Source: Planctomycetaceae bacterium (GTDB taxonomy: Bacteria; Planctomycetota; Planctomycetia; Planctomycetales; Planctomycetaceae). Taken from it: 64,000 nt of DNA. Shown piece after piece: positions 45,312 through 54,624 of this stretch. Each line of letters opens with the position of its first letter. The first letter of the stretch is position 1. Where the stretch lies: the NCBI GenBank assembly GCA_033762515.1, contig JANRLN010000412.1:3719-67718 (forward strand), written 5' to 3'. The notes beneath the pieces are model-generated. The model made no database searches. It saw only the letters and a program-made list of their open reading frames with translations, and was not told the DNA's origin. A program made the translations under genes and the position numbers.

Positions 45312-48300
45312 ATGTCGCAGAAGCTCAGCGGGGATTCCTTTTTGGCCGTGGTCGGCAAGAGCGGCCTGGTGGAACCGCAGCGCCTGTCGCAACTGGTGGA
45401 AGGATTTGCCGCGGCGGGAGGGGATCGCACTGATCCGCTCAAGCTTGCCGATCTCCTGGTGGAGAAGCAGGCCATCACCCGTTGGCAGGCGGAAAAGCTG
45501 CTGCTCGGAAAACACAAAGGCTATTTTCTCGGAAAGTATCGCCTGTTGGCGTTGCTGGGGCGCGGCGGGATGAGTTCCGTCTACCTCGCCGAGCACGTGC
45601 TCATGCGGCGGCGCTGCGCCATCAAGGTCCTGCCTGCCAAACGCGTCGGGGATTCGTCGTACCTGGCGCGGTTTCATCGGGAAGCCCAGGCGGTGGCGTC
45701 GCTGGATCACCCGAACATCGTGCGGGCTTACGACGTCGACAACCAGACCGATCGTGAAGCCGAAATCCATTTCCTGGTCATGGAGTACGTGGAAGGCTGC
45801 AGCCTGCAGGAGCACGTGGCGCAGCAGGGACTGATCAGTTTTTCGGACGCCGTGGAATACGTCCGGCAAGCCGCTCTGGGATTGACCCATGCTCACAAGG
45901 CGGGGCTGGTGCATCGCGACATCAAGCCGGCGAACCTGCTGTTGGACAAGCACGGAACGGTCAAGATCCTCGACCTCGGGCTGGCCAAATTCTTCAACGG
46001 CAGCGACGAAGAACAGGCCTTGACCATCCAGCATGACGAAAAAGTGCTGGGCACCGCCGATTATCTGGCTCCTGAACAAGCGCTGGACAGCCACACGGTC
46101 GACGCGCGAGCGGACATTTATTCCCTGGGCTGCACGCTTTACTTTCTGCTGACGGGTCAGCCGCCTTTCACCGAGGGAACTCTCGCGCAGCGATTGATGG
46201 CGCACCAGCATAAAGACCCGCCGGCAGTGGAGTTAAAACGACCGGATACGCCTGCGTCGCTGGTCGAAATCCTGCGCAAGATGATGGCCAAGCGGCCGGA
46301 CGACCGTTATCCGTCCGCTGCAGACACGGCTGCGGCGTTGCTTCAATGGCTGGACCGAAATGCCGACTCTTCCTGGCGAAAGTCGCACTCCGGCATTTTT
46401 TCGGGTTTGGCCGATTCGGGGGCTCGCAAGTCGCCGCCGGTAGCCGCTCGCGTCGTGGCTCCCATGGTGAAGCCGGCGGCGGAAGCCGCTGTGGAGACCG
46501 TGGTTCCGTCGGCTCCGCCCGCGGCGCCGGCAAAAGCCAAGACTCCCGCCCCGGCGGCGAGTGCGCCGGCCTTCGTGATGCCGGAAATTATGGTTCCGGT
46601 TGCGTCTCCGACCTCCGAGCCATCCGTGAATGCGCTTTTTGCCGGACTGGGTGCCGCCGTTGCGCCGTCACCCAGTCCGCCGGCGCCCCCCGATCCAGCA
46701 CGACCGTCTGCAAAGACCAAGTCGAGCGGCTCCTCGATTCATGAGCCATCAACGGTTGCCAATCAGCCTTCACCGACACCCAAACCGATCGCGAATGCCG
46801 GTGCGCGACCGAAGTCGTCGTCACGACTGAAGCACGCCGCTGCGACGCCGCGGGGGAGTGCGGTTTCCGAGCCATCGCCGACGACGCCTGCCTCCTCGAC
46901 TGCGACCGCCAAGGGGGTCTCCGGGACCGCCTTGACCGTGTTGAGTTCTCCCGTTGCGGCGAATGCCGCAGTTCCCAGTTCCCGTATTCCAGAACCGCCG
47001 GTCTCCATGCCGGCGGAAGTGGCCGACGAGACTCCGCCAATGACCACTCCCTCTCCCGCCGCGTCGGGACCTGATTTTGGCTTCTTGAATGCTGGACCGG
47101 TGAACGAGCCTGCGGCGACCACCCTGCCCATGTTTGGTTTTCTCTCTCAGCCCAGTCCAGTTGAAGCCGAGGCCGCCATTTCTGATGCGCCGGCAACAGA
47201 GGCGGCTGAGCAGGCGACGGAACCTGAACTGGAATTCGAAGCCGAAGAAGAAGAAGAAAGAGTCGTGGAGCAGGACCCCGCGCCTGACTCGGAGTTAGAG
47301 TTTGAACCCGAAGCCGAGGCCGAACCGGTCGTCGAGGAACCGGTCGTCGAAGAACCGGCGGTTGAGGTGGCTCCCGTCGCTGCCGAGGAAGTCCCTGTCT
47401 TTTCGATGCCCGCGGCGGTTCCAGCCGCGAATCCGTTTGCGTTTGCCTTTGGCGGCCCTGCCGAGCCTGTTCCGCCCCCGCCTCTCGTCGCGCCGCCGAC
47501 TCCTGCAGTGGCTCCAACGGTGGTCCCCGACCCTGCCGTTGTCGCGCCCGCCGTCGTCGCCCAGGTCGCCGAGGCAGAGAATGTCTCTCAACCAGTTTCG
47601 GCAGCGCCGGTTGTCGGACCGGTGATGGCCAAGCCTGTCGCGAAGGCGATCGTCGTCGCCAAGGCGGCTCCCGTCGCGGTTGCGCCTGCAGCCCTGACCC
47701 CTGTTGTCGCAGCGGAGGCGGCTGCAGTTCCGGTCGCGGTCGTTTCGGAGCCGGCGCCCGTCGTCGCCGCAGTGGCGTCACCCCCGGTTACGGAAGTCGT
47801 CCCATCGGTTCCACTCGCGGCCCCGGAAGTCGCTGCTCCTTTTGCCGGCTTTGGGAACTCCACGGCTCCGTCCTTTGGAGGCGACTTCGCTGTCGATCCC
47901 GGAGCCGCGGACGTTTCGCCGCGAACCGTCAAGGCCAAGCCCGCTGCGGCCCGGCCGGCGGAGGCTGTAAAGCCCGCCGCCGCCGCAAAGGCCTTGGGAG
48001 ACAGGCTTAAGGGGATTCCGAAACAGTATTTGATGATTGGCGGGGGGGCGGTCGGGAGCGTGGTCGTGCTGATCGGTCTCGGACTGGCGCTTGGCTGGTT
48101 TGGGGCAGACACGAAAAAGACCACCAAGTCGAAGAAGAAGTCGAAGCCTGCAGCCGTTGCGGCGAAAACCAGTGGAAATGGGGGCGGGTCGGCAGCAGCC
48201 ATTAAAGCCAGTGCTGATGCCGCATGGATGACCAAGCGTCAGACCACCGTCGGGCCGGCGGGTGAGTACCGCACGATCGCGGACGCCTTGCAGCAGATTC

Positions 48301-49328
48301 GCCAGCATTTCCGTCCGCAGAACCGCAGCGACCGATTTCTCATTAGCGTGCATCCGGGCACTTACACCGAGCGCATTTCGCTGATCGGCAAGGAATTCCA
48401 GTCGGACTACCCCGGCAATGTCATCATCCGCCGCGAAGGCGATCTTGGAGAGGTGGTTCTTAAGTCCGGGACCGCCGACCCCGCCGTACGTCTGGAGAAT
48501 GTCGCCGGGGTGCAGCTAGTGAATTTGACGGTGCAGGCCGACGGCAAACCGATTGCCGTCGAACTGGCCGAAGGTCTTGACCGGTGCCTCTTGCGGAACG
48601 TGCGGGTGGAAGGCTTTTCGGAGACTGGTGTGCTGCTGAGCGGCGCACTGGGTTCCAGTTTCAGCAACGACCGGTTGACGCTGGAAGACGTGAGGTTTCG
48701 CGGAGCGAGCGGAGCCGTGGCTGTGCGCGCCGTGAAAGGAAAACTGGCGGATAGCGTCGATTGTCAAAACATTCTATTTCAAAAGTGCCGTTTTCTGGGT
48801 CCGCTGAAAGCGGGAGTGTCCCTGCAGGGGCCGGACATTCGCGGATGGGAGTTTCGCGAGTGCATCTTTGCGCAAGCCGGCGTCGGAGTGGAGTTCCTCG
48901 AAGGAACCGGCTGGTCCGACTATCAGTTCGTCAACAACACCTTTTATCAATGTCCACTCGCCGTGCGGATCGCCAAGCAGCCTCCGACATCCTCCAAGGG
49001 TCTGCTGTTCCGCCGGAATCTCTTCGTGGGAGCGACCAATGGGGAAGTGCTGATTCAAGACGGATTCAATCAGGACACCCTGCTGCAGGCCCAGATGCTG
49101 GCGAACAACATGCAGGGGAATTGGTCAGATCGTCCCGCTCCGGCCGCACCCGTCTCCGGCGAAGTTCCAATGTGGGGCGGGGGCGAGCGTGGTCGCCAGG
49201 GAATTGAGTTCGTCTCCACCGATCCAGCCCACGAGAAGTTCCTGGCTCCAACACCCGCCGCGCCGCAACGACAGGTCGGGGGACAAATTGCCGGCGAGCC
49301 CGCCTGGATTGGAGCCATGGGGCCCTGA
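45312..49328 (+). CDS. Ser/Thr protein kinase with ~560-aa Pro/Ala/Glu-rich linker, TM helix and C-terminal right-handed beta-helix-like domain
   Basis: Kinase motifs: GRGGMSSVYLAEH, AIKVL, HRDIKPANLLL, LDLGLAK, ADYLAPEQ. Low-complexity P/A/E/V sequence runs ~46335-48020. A TM helix YLMIGGGAVGSVVVLIGLGLALGWF lies at ~48027-48100. Repetitive V/L/G-N beta-helix-like units run to the stop. The first ATG is 45312 (the ORF-track start 45303 is TTG). Confidence 0.85.
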   Translation: MSQKLSGDSFLAVVGKSGLVEPQRLSQLVEGFAAAGGDRTDPLKLADLLVEKQAITRWQAEKLLLGKHKGYFLGKYRLLALLGRGGMSSVYLAEHVLMRRRCAIKVLPAKRVGDSSYLARFHREAQAVASLDHPNIVRAYDVDNQTDREAEIHFLVMEYVEGCSLQEHVAQQGLISFSDAVEYVRQAALGLTHAHKAGLVHRDIKPANLLLDKHGTVKILDLGLAKFFNGSDEEQALTIQHDEKVLGTADYLAPEQALDSHTVDARADIYSLGCTLYFLLTGQPPFTEGTLAQRLMAHQHKDPPAVELKRPDTPASLVEILRKMMAKRPDDRYPSAADTAAALLQWLDRNADSSWRKSHSGIFSGLADSGARKSPPVAARVVAPMVKPAAEAAVETVVPSAPPAAPAKAKTPAPAASAPAFVMPEIMVPVASPTSEPSVNALFAGLGAAVAPSPSPPAPPDPARPSAKTKSSGSSIHEPSTVANQPSPTPKPIANAGARPKSSSRLKHAAATPRGSAVSEPSPTTPASSTATAKGVSGTALTVLSSPVAANAAVPSSRIPEPPVSMPAEVADETPPMTTPSPAASGPDFGFLNAGPVNEPAATTLPMFGFLSQPSPVEAEAAISDAPATEAAEQATEPELEFEAEEEEERVVEQDPAPDSELEFEPEAEAEPVVEEPVVEEPAVEVAPVAAEEVPVFSMPAAVPAANPFAFAFGGPAEPVPPPPLVAPPTPAVAPTVVPDPAVVAPAVVAQVAEAENVSQPVSAAPVVGPVMAKPVAKAIVVAKAAPVAVAPAALTPVVAAEAAAVPVAVVSEPAPVVAAVASPPVTEVVPSVPLAAPEVAAPFAGFGNSTAPSFGGDFAVDPGAADVSPRTVKAKPAAARPAEAVKPAAAAKALGDRLKGIPKQYLMIGGGAVGSVVVLIGLGLALGWFGADTKKTTKSKKKSKPAAVAAKTSGNGGGSAAAIKASADAAWMTKRQTTVGPAGEYRTIADALQQIRQHFRPQNRSDRFLISVHPGTYTERISLIGKEFQSDYPGNVIIRREGDLGEVVLKSGTADPAVRLENVAGVQLVNLTVQADGKPIAVELAEGLDRCLLRNVRVEGFSETGVLLSGALGSSFSNDRLTLEDVRFRGASGAVAVRAVKGKLADSVDCQNILFQKCRFLGPLKAGVSLQGPDIRGWEFRECIFAQAGVGVEFLEGTGWSDYQFVNNTFYQCPLAVRIAKQPPTSSKGLLFRRNLFVGATNGEVLIQDGFNQDTLLQAQMLANNMQGNWSDRPAPAAPVSGEVPMWGGGERGRQGIEFVSTDPAHEKFLAPTPAAPQRQVGGQIAGEPAWIGAMGP
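47323..47367 (+). repeat. 3 x 15-bp in-frame tandem repeat (EPVVE-EPVVE-EPAVE) inside the kinase linker
   Basis: The units are gaaccggtcgtcgag / gaaccggtcgtcgaa / gaaccggcggttgag. A nearby (gaa)n run encodes EEEEE. Confidence 0.8.
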
Positions 49329-49584
49329 GCGGCTTCGCGTCATAACCGGCACGCACGTTAAACTCAGTCGGATGTGTTGCCGCAAGTTGTTTGCGGGAAT
49401 GTGTTTAAGAAAATACCTGAACACTCGGGTCCGGCTCGGTTTTGGCTCAAGAACCCACCGCGGCCGAGCGTAGGCCGCCTATCTCTCGTTGGCTCGCCGT
49501 GTTGCGCCAATGCCTGCGACCCTTCGGGCACGCCCCCCTGAGCGGCCCGCGAGGAAGTGTCCCGCGAGTACGGCGCGTAACCGA

Positions 49585-49644
49585 CCATCCTTGCGGCACT
49601 TAGGGTGTACACTTGCCACCCTGTGCCGCCCGCTTCTAGGATGG
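49585..49644. other. composite 3-helix hairpin (7+7+6 bp) in a 460-nt intergenic region
   Basis: CCATCCT / AGGATGG, GCGGCAC / GTGCCGC and AGGGTG / CACCCT are nested around the loop tacacttgc. Further stems lie nearby: GCGGCC-gagcgta-GGCCGC at ~49460, and GCCGCCCG...CGGGCGGC at ~49626-49663. Confidence 0.4.
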
Positions 49645-49787
49645 AGTTGTGCTTCGGGCGGCCAGCAGGGACGGCCTCGCCCAGCGGCTGGCGGCGAGTT
49701 GCGACTCTGCTGCCGGGCTGGCGCGTCCCGCCTGAAGCGTGACTAAGCGTCTCCTTCGAGATCTCGGCTAGGCCGCGCTGAATTGCC

Positions 49788-50432
49788 ATGAATTCCTCGC
49801 GTCAGCATCATCCCCGCGCCATGCGCGGGTCAGTGAACCGTCATCCGACCCGCAGCGCCCGACCAGTCGCCGCGTTCCGGCAGCGGGGTGCTCCGAACAG
49901 CCCATCCCCCAGCTTCTCCGCACCAGAAGTCTGGTATCAGCCGCTGGGGCGTGCTCAGCCTCTGTTGATTTGTCAGGATCCGGGAGACGGCTATGTTCAT
50001 GCCGTGACCACGCAGCAGATTCGTGAGCGGCTGGCCGATCTCCCGGCCGACATTGTGCAGTCGGTGGAAGTGGTCCAACTCAGCCAGATGACGCGCAAGC
50101 GGGCATTGTTTCCGCGGTACGGGATGCAGTGGGGGCAAAACGTCTATCTGTACCCAATTGAAGGTTCGCTGGTCGAGCGTTACCTGCGTCCGCCGACCCC
50201 TCAACAGCGAATCGAGGCGCAGATGTTCGGCGGGATCTGGAGCGCTCAGAGCAGGGAATGGCGTCTCACGTGGACTGAGTCGACCCTCCGGGATTTCTAC
50301 TTGAACAACGTGCTGATCCATGAAATCGGGCACGTTATCGACAACCGCAATACGAACGCCCATAAGCGGGAACAGTTTGCCAACTGGTTCGCCACCGAGT
50401 ACGGCTATCGCGCCTCGCGCGGGCGTCGGTAA
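49788..50432 (+). CDS. hypothetical protein with C-terminal HExxH (HEIGH) zinc-peptidase-like motif
   Basis: 214-aa ORF. The only recognisable element is NNVLIHEIGHVIDNRNTNAHKREQF near the C-terminus. The N-terminal ~50 aa are basic and low-complexity, so the true start may be later. Confidence 0.5.
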   Translation: MNSSRQHHPRAMRGSVNRHPTRSARPVAAFRQRGAPNSPSPSFSAPEVWYQPLGRAQPLLICQDPGDGYVHAVTTQQIRERLADLPADIVQSVEVVQLSQMTRKRALFPRYGMQWGQNVYLYPIEGSLVERYLRPPTPQQRIEAQMFGGIWSAQSREWRLTWTESTLRDFYLNNVLIHEIGHVIDNRNTNAHKREQFANWFATEYGYRASRGRR

Positions 50433-50523
50433 GTGCTTGGCCGATCCGCGATTTTTCGGATGAGAAACCGAGAAATTTCAGACGTGAATCGGGGCTGAGT
50501 TTTTGGCCTGCCGCGGGGCGCCT

Positions 50524-51654
50524 TCACGTGGGCGGCGCCATTCCCAGATCGCGGTAGATCGCTTCGTTGATCGACCGGCAACGGCGGCTGTGTTGCGCTT
50601 CGCCCGGTCGCCCGTTAAATACGTAGGCGACGACCAATTGCCGGTCGGGATCGCAGTATCCTTGCGACGATTGTGCGCCTCCGTGGCCGAATGTTCCGGC
50701 GGAACAGTAGCGGCCGTAACCATAGGGGACGGTGTCGGCCCCGTAGCAATTCGAGTCAATGATGACCCCGAGGCCAAAGTCGACCACGTGCCCCAGGGTC
50801 TGATCGAAAGCTCCGACGCGCTGCCGGGTGCGGAATGCCGCGACGGTTTCGGGCAGCAACACGCGACCATCGAGACCATCGCCGTCTTTTCGCAGCATTT
50901 CGTAGAAACGCCCGAGGTCGCGGACCGGCCCGCGAAGGCTGCTGCCGGGCGAGGGCCGCTCGCTCCGCGGCGGCAGATGCCAGTCAAGGAGCTTCAGATC
51001 CAGCTTGTCGCGCTCCCACAATGGGGCGACGCGCCCGCCCAGTTGTTCACGCTCCGTATCGTCAAGGGCCGCGCGCGTCTCGGTCATCCCGCAAGGGGCG
51101 AGGAGTTCCGTCTGCAGAATTTCGGCAAACGGTCGTTGATGGATTCTCTGCAAGATCTCTCCCAGCACGAACCAGGTCGACGCTACGTGATAGCCTGCGG
51201 CGACTCCGGGAGTCGCTCCGGCGTCGAGAGGGGCGGCGCAGATCCGCGCGAGCGTTTCGTTCCAGGGGACGTCCGGCCAACCGGTCTCGATTGAGCGGAG
51301 ACCTGCGGTGTGCGTCAAGAGGTGACGAACCAGGATGGACTCTTTGCCGTGAATACCGAATTCGGGGATGTAGGTTGCGACGGGGGCGTCCAGGTCGACC
51401 AACCCTCGTTCCCAGAGCTGCGCGATCAAGACCGCCGTCAGCGGTTTCGCAGCGGACAACCAGGGAAGCCAGTGGTTTGACGTCAGCGGGACGCCGGGGA
51501 TCGCTTCACCGAGGGCCGACTCAGCCAGCACCTCGCCGGATTGCGCCACCCAGATCTGCAGACCGAAATGCAGACTTCGCCTGCGGCCCTGCTCGAAGAC
51601 TTCGGTGGTGTGGGGAAAACTGGACGCAAATTCAATCGCGGAGCGGACGGGCAT
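50524..51654 (-). CDS. serine hydrolase (beta-lactamase/transpeptidase-like family)
   Basis: SxxK motif in WLSAAKPLTAVLIAQL. Other motifs: LLTHTAGL, HGG near the C-terminus. The 376-aa size is typical. Confidence 0.85.
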   Translation of the reverse strand: MPVRSAIEFASSFPHTTEVFEQGRRRSLHFGLQIWVAQSGEVLAESALGEAIPGVPLTSNHWLPWLSAAKPLTAVLIAQLWERGLVDLDAPVATYIPEFGIHGKESILVRHLLTHTAGLRSIETGWPDVPWNETLARICAAPLDAGATPGVAAGYHVASTWFVLGEILQRIHQRPFAEILQTELLAPCGMTETRAALDDTEREQLGGRVAPLWERDKLDLKLLDWHLPPRSERPSPGSSLRGPVRDLGRFYEMLRKDGDGLDGRVLLPETVAAFRTRQRVGAFDQTLGHVVDFGLGVIIDSNCYGADTVPYGYGRYCSAGTFGHGGAQSSQGYCDPDRQLVVAYVFNGRPGEAQHSRRCRSINEAIYRDLGMAPPT

Positions 51655-52097
51655 GCAGGTTCTGTTCTCGCAAGGTTCCGATGGCCGGTACGAATTCCCT
51701 GGGAAGTCTATCCGGCATCATCGCGTCGGGCGAGACGACCCGCGCTCCAGACACCGCTGTTCATGGCGTCGACGACCCAGCCGATTCCGGGGTGTTGTAT
51801 CGGGGTTTCCCAGCCGATGCTCCCCATGAGAAGCTCACCGGCGGAAATTGCCGAATTGTTGATGAAGTCGTCGTCGGGGTTTGCAATCCAAGTTTGGGTT
51901 TGGGTACTATGCGGGTGAACGGCAGACTGTGTCGGTTGCGCGGCCTGTATCGTTCTGGCGGAGTTTCAGCAATCACCGGTGCTTAACGGCGCAGCCGTTC
52001 TCGGATGGCTCGTCGCGATGCCCTGCAGTCGTCGATAACGAAGAACCAATCAGCAGCGTTCTTTGGGCAGGGTTTCTGGACCGACCGGTGGAATTCC

Positions 52098-54425
52098 ATG
52101 ATCGAACAGGACCTTTTCCAGCGGAGTTCAGCGATGAGTCAATGTCAGGCAGACGGAGCGGCCCTACAGCGCAAGCGACTCCGTCGACAGCAGCGGTGGC
52201 TGAAACGGCTCGCAGTGACGAGCGTTCTCGTGGGTCTGGGCGTCGGAACCTGGGCCTTTGAAGATGCTGCGGGACCACAGGGCCTGAAGGGGATTCTGCC
52301 CCAGGAAGTTCCGGCTGCGTTGAACGCGGAGGCCTTCCAGTCTCTTGGAGCCACCTGGCAGGAGTGGAGCCAGGGCGCGGCCGCTGCGATCGCCGATTTC
52401 TACAAGGCTGAAGGCGACATCGCCGCTCAGAAGGCGGCTTTGGCGAAGGTCAAGGTGAAGCTGGGGGTCCTGAATAAGGCCATCAGCGACTCGCAATATT
52501 CGATGATCCTCGAAGAACTGCTGGCCATTCGAGGTCCGCTGTCCCGCCGCGTCGCGGTGGCGGAGGCCGTCTTGACCACCTTGGAAACCGATCCCGTCGC
52601 CGCGCGGGCTGCGGCCGTCCAATCCAGCGGCGCCCAGGTCTCGTCCGCCTTCGCGGCACTCAAGGCGGACCTTGATCCAATTCCTGGAGGGGCGGCCTGG
52701 ATTCCCTTCATCGGCGGAGATGCTTTGGGAACCGCCTGGGCGGCCTCGGTGGACTCCGAAGCGACGATTGCGGCCCTGAAGGCGACACACGCCAAGTTGG
52801 CGCTCCGCGCGACCCTGACCGACGAAGCTCAGAAGGCGTTCCTCAGCCGGACGTCTTTCATGACTCTCGGTTCGGCGATCGAAACACATCTTGCAACCGT
52901 GGAATCCGCGAAGAAGCCGGTTGATCTCGCAGCCACGCGAGCTGCGTTGGCCGAGTTGGTGGACGCCCTCGAAAGCTATGAGATTTCCAGCAGCAGCGTC
53001 GACGCCGGAGAAGTGCGGGCGGCAGCCGACAAGCTCAGCGGCGTTGCTCCCGACGGCGGCGCCGCGGTGAAAGCCGCGCTCAATGAACACTACTTCAACC
53101 TCAACCTGCGGTTGATTGCTTCGGAATCGTTCCTGAATCGCCTGCTGTCTGATTGCCGCATTGAGCAGGGGCAGGTCTGCGACTACATCCTCGGCGCCCA
53201 GGTCGGCGGCTGGCAAACCACTTCGACCGGGATCACCGTCGACGTCAAACCTTCCGATCGTCTGGCGCGGTTCGACGTGGTGCTGTCCGGGGTCGTGCAG
53301 TCTACGACGGCCGGCCGCACTCCTCAGGCCACGATCTACACCTCTGGCTATCACACCTTCCACTCGACGAAGGAAGTCACCTACGACGGGATGAAGTTCG
53401 GCACCGGACCCGCTGCCACCGGCGTGAATGCTCACAACACCACGACGGGCGCCCGCACGCGTCTGAGCGGCTTCCCGATTCTGGGGAAAATCACCGAAAA
53501 CATCGCGATGCGTGCCGCTGCTGACCGCCGCCCCGAAGCGGAATCGATCGCCGCCGGTCGCGTCTGGTCGCGCGTCACTCCGCGGTTTGACGAGGAAGTC
53601 GACAAAGCCTTCAGCAAGGCGTCCGGCGAACTCGATTCGCAACTCGTTGCCGGTCTCAAGGAGACGGGTCTGTATCCCGACCAGCAGGTTCTGGCGAGCA
53701 CCGACGATCAGGTCTGGTTGTCCTCACGGCTGATGGGGGACGGCAAGCTCGGCGGGGCCATGGCGGAGCCCACATTGCTGTCGGTTGGCAGTGGTGCGGC
53801 AATGTTGATGCACGAGTCGGTCGTGAACAACGCCATCGACCAGATCGGTTTCAATGGCAAGAAGATGAGCGAAGCCGAACTTCGCCTGCATGTCGAGGCG
53901 TTCCTGAGCAAGGCCCTCGCCCGGGAGTTCAAATTCCGCTCGCCCGAAGCAGCAGCAGTCGGGGAGGCGCCGGCTCCGGTGGCCGCCGATGTGGCGCCGG
54001 CTCCGGCGCCGGCCGAAGGGGCCGCTGCGGAAGAACCGGAAGACAAGGCGCCGGCGAAGCTTGCGTTCGCCGAAAACGACGCTGTCCGCGTGCAGTTCCG
54101 CGGCGGCAATCTGTACCTGATCATTCGCGCGGGTCTCGAGCGCGAGAACGAAGAGCCGATCCCCGCTCATGAAATCGTTGTTCCGCTGATGCTGTCGGTC
54201 AGCGGAGACAAGTTGGTCGTGAAGCGGGACGCTTTGGAGATCGCTCCCTTGGAAGGGGAAGTCAAGCCGCTCCAGCAGCGGGTGATGAACACCCGGATCT
54301 CCAAGGCTTTGCCGGACCGCGAAGTCGACGCCACCTTCACACTGAAGACGACCGACAAGGAAGTCCCGGCGAAGGTGACGGGGATTCAGATCGTCGACGG
54401 CTGGATCGTGGTCCGCGTCGAATAG
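52098..54425 (+). CDS. large hypothetical membrane-anchored protein (Ala-rich helical N-half, beta-rich C-half)
   Basis: ORF 52005-54425. Plausible starts are ATG 52098 (MIEQDLF) or the next in-frame ATG (MSQCQADG). An anchor helix LAVTSVLVGLGVGTWAF is present. A strong terminator follows the stop. No domain is recognised. Confidence 0.65.
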   Translation: MIEQDLFQRSSAMSQCQADGAALQRKRLRRQQRWLKRLAVTSVLVGLGVGTWAFEDAAGPQGLKGILPQEVPAALNAEAFQSLGATWQEWSQGAAAAIADFYKAEGDIAAQKAALAKVKVKLGVLNKAISDSQYSMILEELLAIRGPLSRRVAVAEAVLTTLETDPVAARAAAVQSSGAQVSSAFAALKADLDPIPGGAAWIPFIGGDALGTAWAASVDSEATIAALKATHAKLALRATLTDEAQKAFLSRTSFMTLGSAIETHLATVESAKKPVDLAATRAALAELVDALESYEISSSSVDAGEVRAAADKLSGVAPDGGAAVKAALNEHYFNLNLRLIASESFLNRLLSDCRIEQGQVCDYILGAQVGGWQTTSTGITVDVKPSDRLARFDVVLSGVVQSTTAGRTPQATIYTSGYHTFHSTKEVTYDGMKFGTGPAATGVNAHNTTTGARTRLSGFPILGKITENIAMRAAADRRPEAESIAAGRVWSRVTPRFDEEVDKAFSKASGELDSQLVAGLKETGLYPDQQVLASTDDQVWLSSRLMGDGKLGGAMAEPTLLSVGSGAAMLMHESVVNNAIDQIGFNGKKMSEAELRLHVEAFLSKALAREFKFRSPEAAAVGEAPAPVAADVAPAPAPAEGAAAEEPEDKAPAKLAFAENDAVRVQFRGGNLYLIIRAGLERENEEPIPAHEIVVPLMLSVSGDKLVVKRDALEIAPLEGEVKPLQQRVMNTRISKALPDREVDATFTLKTTDKEVPAKVTGIQIVDGWIVVRVE

Positions 54426-54457
54426 ACTCGGCAAAATCTCGGCCGCATTAACACGAG

Positions 54458-54500
54458 GAGCCGCGTTCATCCATCAGATGAGCGCGGCTCGTCGGCTTTT
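54458..54500 (+). terminator. strong intrinsic terminator after the 52098-54425 gene
   Basis: GAGCCGCG-t-TCATC-catca-GATGA-g-CGCGGCTC forms 13 Watson-Crick pairs plus one U-G pair. It is followed by GTCGGCTTTTC and begins 33 nt after the stop. Confidence 0.6.
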
Positions 54501-54624
54501 CAGGGAGGCTCGTTTCAGAAAATGTCCGATGCGGACGGAGCTGTGTCCGTTCGACAGAGAGCCGGCCAGATTCTCTCTGAGTTCTGAGCAGCCTCTGCGC
54601 TTCTGTCTTTTCCGCTCGCCGCAA

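Noticed and set aside
45150-47781. 353-aa and 397-aa minus-strand ORFs (45150-46211, 46588-47781)
   Set aside because: Both lie antisense to the kinase gene and its P/A-rich linker. Their translations are Arg/Pro/Gln-rich low complexity.
46335-48020. Repetitive DNA considered as a CRISPR-like or mobile repeat array
   Set aside because: The repeats are short, in-frame, degenerate and lie inside a continuous ORF. This is coding low complexity, not a repeat-spacer array.
49329-49787. RNase P RNA, tmRNA or SRP RNA in the structured gap
   Set aside because: The signature sequences are absent on both strands by eye. These are GAGGAAAGUCC for RNase P, a tRNA-like 3' end with GGUUCGAUUCC...CCA for tmRNA, and GGAAGGAAGCAGC for SRP.
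52164-53642. 492-aa minus-strand ORF
   Set aside because: It lies antisense to the 52098-54425 gene. It is Arg/Gly-rich with no motifs. The plus-strand gene has a start context and a terminator consistent with being the real gene.
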